54,996 nucleotides of DNA from a virus (Duplodnaviria; Heunggongvirae; Uroviricota; Caudoviricetes), in IMG/VR virus record IMGVR_UViG_3300045988_171436, positions 1-54,996 of that record; one strand, written 5' to 3'. The translations under genes and the position numbers were made by a program. Of the stretch, positions 50,374 through 54,996 are shown in pieces (the stretch's first letter is position 1; every line of letters begins with the position of its first letter). Under the pieces are notes generated by a model. That model saw only the letters and a program-made list of their open reading frames with translations, did no database searches and was not told where the DNA came from.

Positions 50374-51172
50374 ATTTCATAAGCGATTTAGCATGTATCA
50401 CAACCAACATAAGGTTTTTAATATTTTCATGCGAAGTGCAGTCTGTAGTTTTAGATATATGAACCGGATCATAAAGACTTGAACAAAAAACAGCCGCCGC
50501 CCCTGTCATTCGTACATAAGGGACATCCAACCCTTCTTGAAAGCGTTCCACGCGATCTGCACCTTCTTCATCTTGATGATCAATTAAACGGCGCTTCATC
50601 GCATTAAGGGATTCTGAAATTCTATACACATCCTTTATCGAGTCGATAACGGCGTCTTGCAATCTAGGCTTTGCTTTCTTACCACTGAGTTGTGCTTTCG
50701 ACTCAAAAGAAATCAAGATATCTTTTGTAGATGGCCGTGATGGGCCTATGCCATCAAACTTAAACGCTAAGACATCTGTTCCCTTTGGGGACTCGTTGCG
50801 AACCATTTTGTTGTCATATCGGGTACGTGGAACCCAAAAACCAAAATGGCTTTCAAGTAGATCCGCGATAAGGATTTCAGCAAAATCACCGGAGCGCGTT
50901 GCTGGGCCAAAATCTTCAGACTCATCAGGAAACACCAAGTCTCTCAAATACTCGGCTCGCGATTTGTTAGTCCCTCTGCGCAGGCGATCAATTTGGCTAT
51001 CAAGACAGTAATGCTCACGGAAATGTTTGGCCCATGCGGATAGTACAAGCCCTGCTTCAAGATCGATTTCGAGCTCGTATACCTCTACCTCATTGCCGTC
51101 AGAAGTGGTTATGCTATGTTCAGCTTTTTTGAGCCAAGCTGAGTACGGTTGTCCAGCATTCATTGTAACCAT
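50333..51172 (-). CDS. hamA: HamA-like (DUF1837-type) protein, putative PD-(D/E)xK-like
   Basis: 279 aa immediately upstream of and overlapping the helicase; GTDVLAF ... ISFESKAQL acidic/Lys pattern. Confidence 0.45.
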   Translation of the reverse strand: MVTMNAGQPYSAWLKKAEHSITTSDGNEVEVYELEIDLEAGLVLSAWAKHFREHYCLDSQIDRLRRGTNKSRAEYLRDLVFPDESEDFGPATRSGDFAEILIADLLESHFGFWVPRTRYDNKMVRNESPKGTDVLAFKFDGIGPSRPSTKDILISFESKAQLSGKKAKPRLQDAVIDSIKDVYRISESLNAMKRRLIDHQDEEGADRVERFQEGLDVPYVRMTGAAAVFCSSLYDPVHISKTTDCTSHENIKNLMLVVIHAKSLMKFVHALYWRAENEA

Positions 51173-51472
51173 TTTTGCTCTTTCTTAAGCACTCCGTGGC
51201 TTAACACTTTGAGATGCGACGGCGAAATCGACAGTTTGCGGGCATAGTACTCCCTTTGATTTTACTGCTATGAGCTCCGCAGGGTGAATATATTGATGCC
51301 TAAGACGGTAAGCCAGGTAATACGAGAAAACAGGCCCTAAATTGTCCATATAAGATGGCATGAAACTGCCGACTTTGGTAGCCGATCTTACTCGAATGTG
51401 ATGATGACATCATTGGCATAGCGGTATATTAGTCAACAGAGAACAGGTGTGTAGCAAAGTAAGGGGAAATCA

Positions 51473-52837
51473 ATGGATATCTTAGCGTTAAAAGAATTAC
51501 TCCGCCCTGTGGTGGGAAACTTGAAAGATCACTGCACTAACGAAAAAATCCCTGATCTCTGTCGTCACTTGGGTCTACCTGTGCCCAAAGAAGAAGGATC
51601 CAAGCGCGAGCGCTTGCATGGAGCCTTTGATTTACTCGATGACGCAGATATGCCGGAGTTTGCAAGAGCGCTTTTGGCGCAGAAGGTTTTCAATCCCAGC
51701 ATACGCAACAATATCCAGGACCTCCTATGGGCGGACGAGCCCATCATCGATATACCCAAGCGTCATCGTCGTGAACTGGCAGAAGCTCTGCAACCATTTG
51801 AATTATTTGGCCACTGGGAAAATTTCAAGCGTTTATTAAATGATCTGTTTGTTTTTCCGTTGGATTTAAGTGAAATGTTTTCGATTCATGAGACAGGGAT
51901 TCTTGGCGAAATTCACCGACATTTTGTACGAAATCCTGAAGACGGTGACGTGGCATGGTTATTTGAAAAACTACAGGTTGTCGAACTATCAGCTCCACGT
52001 TTCCGTAGGTGGCTCGAAGGTTTAGTCTCTGCGGACGTGCAGATCAGTATCGAAAGGCAGTTAGCAAAAGTTGAGGCCGTTAATAAAGTTTTAAGAACCT
52101 GTGGAGCTGAGCTTATCCATAGCTCTGATGCTGAAGGCTATCCGGTTTTCAGCCTGATATCGTTGCGGACATTTCGGGGGCGCCCTAAGAACATTATTTT
52201 TGCCTCTCTCACCAAACCCGATATTCGCTTGAGTGACTCTCTTAATAACGAAATTGAAATTCTTTCAAACCCCAATCAGGTTTTGATCTATGATCGTCCA
52301 TTAAGTACCGAGGGATTGAGTTGGCGTGAACTGCAGGCATGGTGGGCAGATTTTATTTGCGAAGAGAATAGCGAAGAGGCAAAAATTTCGCTTTATCGAC
52401 GATTGCAGCAAAGTTTGCCTAATTCGTCTCCGCCCCAGAAAAAATTTTTCAAGGAATTCTTTCGACAATATAGGTCAGCAATTTATGACTTACCTGCATT
52501 GCTACCAGAAGTTTGGCTGCACTGGGATCCCAAAACCGTATCTGAGAGAGGCGCTGGAGCATTACTCAATCATCGGATGGATTTTCTTTTGCTAATGCCT
52601 GATGGCAGTAGGGTTGTGATCGAAATCGATGGCATTCAACATTACTCAGATGAAAAAGGTAGGGCAAGTAAGAGTAAGTATGCAGATTTGGTTGCAGCTG
52701 ATCGTAGCTTAAAATTGGCAGGTTATGATATTTATCGTTTTGCAGGTGTCGAACTTCATCACGACGATGCTTCATACAAAATAAAGTACTTTTTTGATAC
52801 TTTATTTAAATATCATGGGATAAAAATAAAATTTTAG
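51473..52837 (+). CDS. Protein with C-terminal DUF559-like endonuclease domain (454 aa)
   Basis: C-terminal RVVIEIDGIQHYSD ... RSLKLAGYDIYRFAG resembles the DUF559/Vsr-like core; N-terminal 330 aa unknown. Confidence 0.5.
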   Translation: MDILALKELLRPVVGNLKDHCTNEKIPDLCRHLGLPVPKEEGSKRERLHGAFDLLDDADMPEFARALLAQKVFNPSIRNNIQDLLWADEPIIDIPKRHRRELAEALQPFELFGHWENFKRLLNDLFVFPLDLSEMFSIHETGILGEIHRHFVRNPEDGDVAWLFEKLQVVELSAPRFRRWLEGLVSADVQISIERQLAKVEAVNKVLRTCGAELIHSSDAEGYPVFSLISLRTFRGRPKNIIFASLTKPDIRLSDSLNNEIEILSNPNQVLIYDRPLSTEGLSWRELQAWWADFICEENSEEAKISLYRRLQQSLPNSSPPQKKFFKEFFRQYRSAIYDLPALLPEVWLHWDPKTVSERGAGALLNHRMDFLLLMPDGSRVVIEIDGIQHYSDEKGRASKSKYADLVAADRSLKLAGYDIYRFAGVELHHDDASYKIKYFFDTLFKYHGIKIKF

Positions 52838-53427
52838 CTAAATTTTTTCTAAAAAAAAGCACTATATAAGCTTAGAGTAATGGTTTGGGGCCGCCTTCAG
52901 GGATGTGTCACTTTATTTTATTTGACTCGCTACTCTTAGTAGTGATACAGATAGATGTTAGCAATATCCAGTATTTGCATATAGCAGTCATTCAGATTTG
53001 AGACCTGTAGCCTAACACTCCCGAATCTTAGTGGTCCAATTTTATTGGCGTTGCTCGACTAATCTGCAAACGGTGAAAAGATAAAATGTAAATGGATAGT
53101 CAAATCAAATGCAACTACGCATCCATTAGTATTTTCGAATAATTAGATGTAAGATGCTAATGTCTAATGTAGGATGTTCCATTCAGGCCAGAGTGCCAAA
53201 AAAAAGGCCCGATCTTACCAGTCGGGCTTCTTTATATCGGCTTTCAATGCTGCCTGTACCACCGCTAAAATGATTTACCTGGTCAGGGCAGGTCCCCATC
53301 ATCAAGGACCGGATTTTTTAATCCTCAGTTGTCCGAGTGTATTATCGCTTTAATAAGTTGTTAGTAATGCATGAGTATTATTCAAAGCATATTATGTATT
53401 AGGACTAAGCAATCTAATTGAATACTA

Positions 53428-53685
53428 TTACTTTTTTTTATTAAACCATGCCTCATGTAGCTCTTGCAGTTTCACCCAAAAATATGCATCTGTATTGAAA
53501 ATTATCGCGAGTTGAAAAGCTTCCTCAAGAGTTATATTTCGCTCATTTTTTATTATTTCCAAAATTTTTTCATATGATGTATCCATCAGTTCAGCAAGTC
53601 TTGCGGGAGGCATATCCAATGGTTTCAAGAATTCTTCGTATAAAATCTCTCCGACAGTTGAAGGTGCAGCATTTATCGTCCTCAT
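53428..53685 (-). CDS. HigA-like HTH antitoxin/regulator (orphan)
   Basis: 85 aa, GEILYEEFLKPLDMPPARLAELMDTSYEKILEIIKNERNITLEEAFQLAIIFNTDAYFWVKLQ matches the HigA-family pattern; AGGAGG RBS. Confidence 0.55.
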   Translation of the reverse strand: MRTINAAPSTVGEILYEEFLKPLDMPPARLAELMDTSYEKILEIIKNERNITLEEAFQLAIIFNTDAYFWVKLQELHEAWFNKKK

Positions 53686-54017
53686 CCCCCCTCCTTTTTT
53701 TAAACGTCATCGGATTCATTATAGTAATTTGTTTAGTTAAACAAATCATAGAGTAAGGTTGGTTTAAGTGTTTTTCTTACTCAAATTCGATATATCCGCT
53801 GTCAGGAATGAATCATTTGCAAACAGTAGTTCTTATAAAGGTTAGCTAACCAAATTAATAAGTCATCTACAACCCTCTGTTATTTACATTTTGTTTCATT
53901 TTATTTATTGCTATTTAGTTTAGCTAAACAATCTATTTCATCATGTATAATCTGTGTATTTACCCATAGATTCTGTTGATAATATTGTGCATAACTTGTT
54001 TGTTTATTTTTTATCAT

Positions 54018-54083
54018 ATGACATATGAGGTACGCTTTTATGACATATGAGGTACGCTTTCATGACATTTGAGGTACAGATAT
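54018..54083. repeat. Three tandem 22-bp direct repeats
   Basis: ATGACATATGAGGTACGCTTTT / ATGACATATGAGGTACGCTTTC / ATGACATTTGAGGTACAGATAT. Confidence 0.8.
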
Positions 54084-54378
54084 AATTTAAAATTCTCATA
54101 ATAAACAAATAAATATATCACTTTTCCACCTCCCTCTAACCTGATCTTTAACCTTATATATAACCAAAAAGATTAAAGGAATTATTAAAACCTTAGTGTC
54201 ATTCAGAAATTGGTCAATAAAACCAATTTCATATGAAGTAAGAACCCGATGAATAAAAACCCTGTTGACATTATTCTTTTTGGCAGTAAGTTTTAATTAT
54301 TCTCAATTCATAACGTTGGTTAGCAAACTTTAGCGCCTAAAATTTTAGCCGCTAAAATCCTCAAATTTCTACTGAGAG

Positions 54379-54672
54379 ATGGGTTCTTCGATGAAATCAG
54401 TTATGCCAGAACTTATAACCGTTGAAGAGTTGGCTTTTGCATTAAAGAAAACTGTAAAAAGTATCCGCAGTGATGCAACGCGAAATCCAAAATGTCTTCC
54501 ACCAAGATGCCGTCTTCCCGGTAATAAACGTCTTCTCTGGCGTAGAGAGGATGTTAAGGACTGGATAGATAAATCTGTAGAGTCAAAGACAGAAAATGAC
54601 GATATAGCGAAAGAGATAAATAGGGTTCAAAGGAAACGTGGCAGGCCGCTAAAACCCAAGCCGCGAGAATAA
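54379..54672 (+). CDS. AlpA-like HTH regulator
   Basis: ...LITVEELAFALKKTVKSIRSD ... KRLLWRREDVKDWIDKS resembles AlpA/excisionase-type HTH; start codon uncertain (54379, 54391 or 54403). Confidence 0.5.
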   Translation: MGSSMKSVMPELITVEELAFALKKTVKSIRSDATRNPKCLPPRCRLPGNKRLLWRREDVKDWIDKSVESKTENDDIAKEINRVQRKRGRPLKPKPRE

Positions 54673-54996
54673 AAATATTCCTTGGGGTATTCAGATAAGT
54701 TTCCTTTCAATAAACACATATGCTGCACACTTTTACACGACTAATACTGCACAAATGCTTTACGAAAACACACTGAGTACACAGGAATACACAATACGTA
54801 CACAGATTCACAACGGCAAATGTAGGGCAGGACATGTAAAGTAGGCCCACCGTAAACGGTGCTTCTACTTTACCTTCCCTTATTCGCAGCTGAGCTGCTC
54901 AACGGAGTCCTGCTCTGCGAGGCTGATCGGCTACCGCCTGTATGAACCGCCCCGGGTTTCCTGGAGAGTGTTTTATCTGTGAACTCAGGCTGCCAG

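Noticed and set aside
53686-53960. HigB-type toxin gene upstream of the HigA-like gene
   Set aside because: The only upstream ATG-initiated frame read on the minus strand is out of frame with higA and terminates within a few codons; the region looks like promoter/operator DNA.
54018-54083. CRISPR array
   Set aside because: Only three contiguous 22-bp repeats without intervening spacers and no cas genes; no other spaced repeat array was seen in the window.

Overview
The window opens inside the 3' end of a tRNA-Thr(CGU) gene (thrW-like) and is followed by an integrated, mosaic lambdoid prophage of about 41.9 kb, bounded by a 47-bp direct repeat (7-53 and 41870-41916). Gene order is: P22-type int/xis; a leftward early operon of small phage genes; a cI-like repressor with Cro and TTGC-N7-GCAA operators; an O-like replication gene with internal iterons; a nin-like region (Dam-like methylase, RusA, KilA-N, DUF968-like, Q-like antiterminator); a second methylase; a lambda-type lysis cassette (S, R, Rz/Rz1); HNH-terS-terL-portal-protease-HK97-type capsid; and a Mu-like contractile tail with a T_TTT_TTC -1 frameshift in the chaperone gene. 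Several AT-rich, often antisense cargo units interrupt this backbone and are the best candidates for an undescribed system: (i) a two-gene operon at 12423-13822 between Q and lysis (310-aa soluble protein plus 150-aa four-TM protein, RexA/RexB-like architecture); (ii) an antisense OB-fold membrane-anchored protein inside the tail cluster (29985-30431); (iii) a 4.8-kb cargo module between the tail fibre genes and attR, flanked by 59-bp imperfect repeats and carrying an acyltransferase, a GIY-YIG protein bracketed by conserved hairpin elements, and a 461-aa PD-(D/E)xK-like protein; (iv) single-gene morons at 4500-4934 and 17126-17632. Downstream of attR lies an IS3-family element with a 4-bp TACC duplication and a defence-island-like region: two very AT-rich unknown genes (one with an RNHIIH HEPN-like motif), a Hachiman-like HamA/HamB pair, a 454-aa protein with a DUF559-like nuclease C-terminus, an orphan HigA-like HTH gene and an AlpA-like gene preceded by 22-bp tandem repeats. 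All protein calls rest on motifs read from the supplied translations and on remembered family features; no database search was run.
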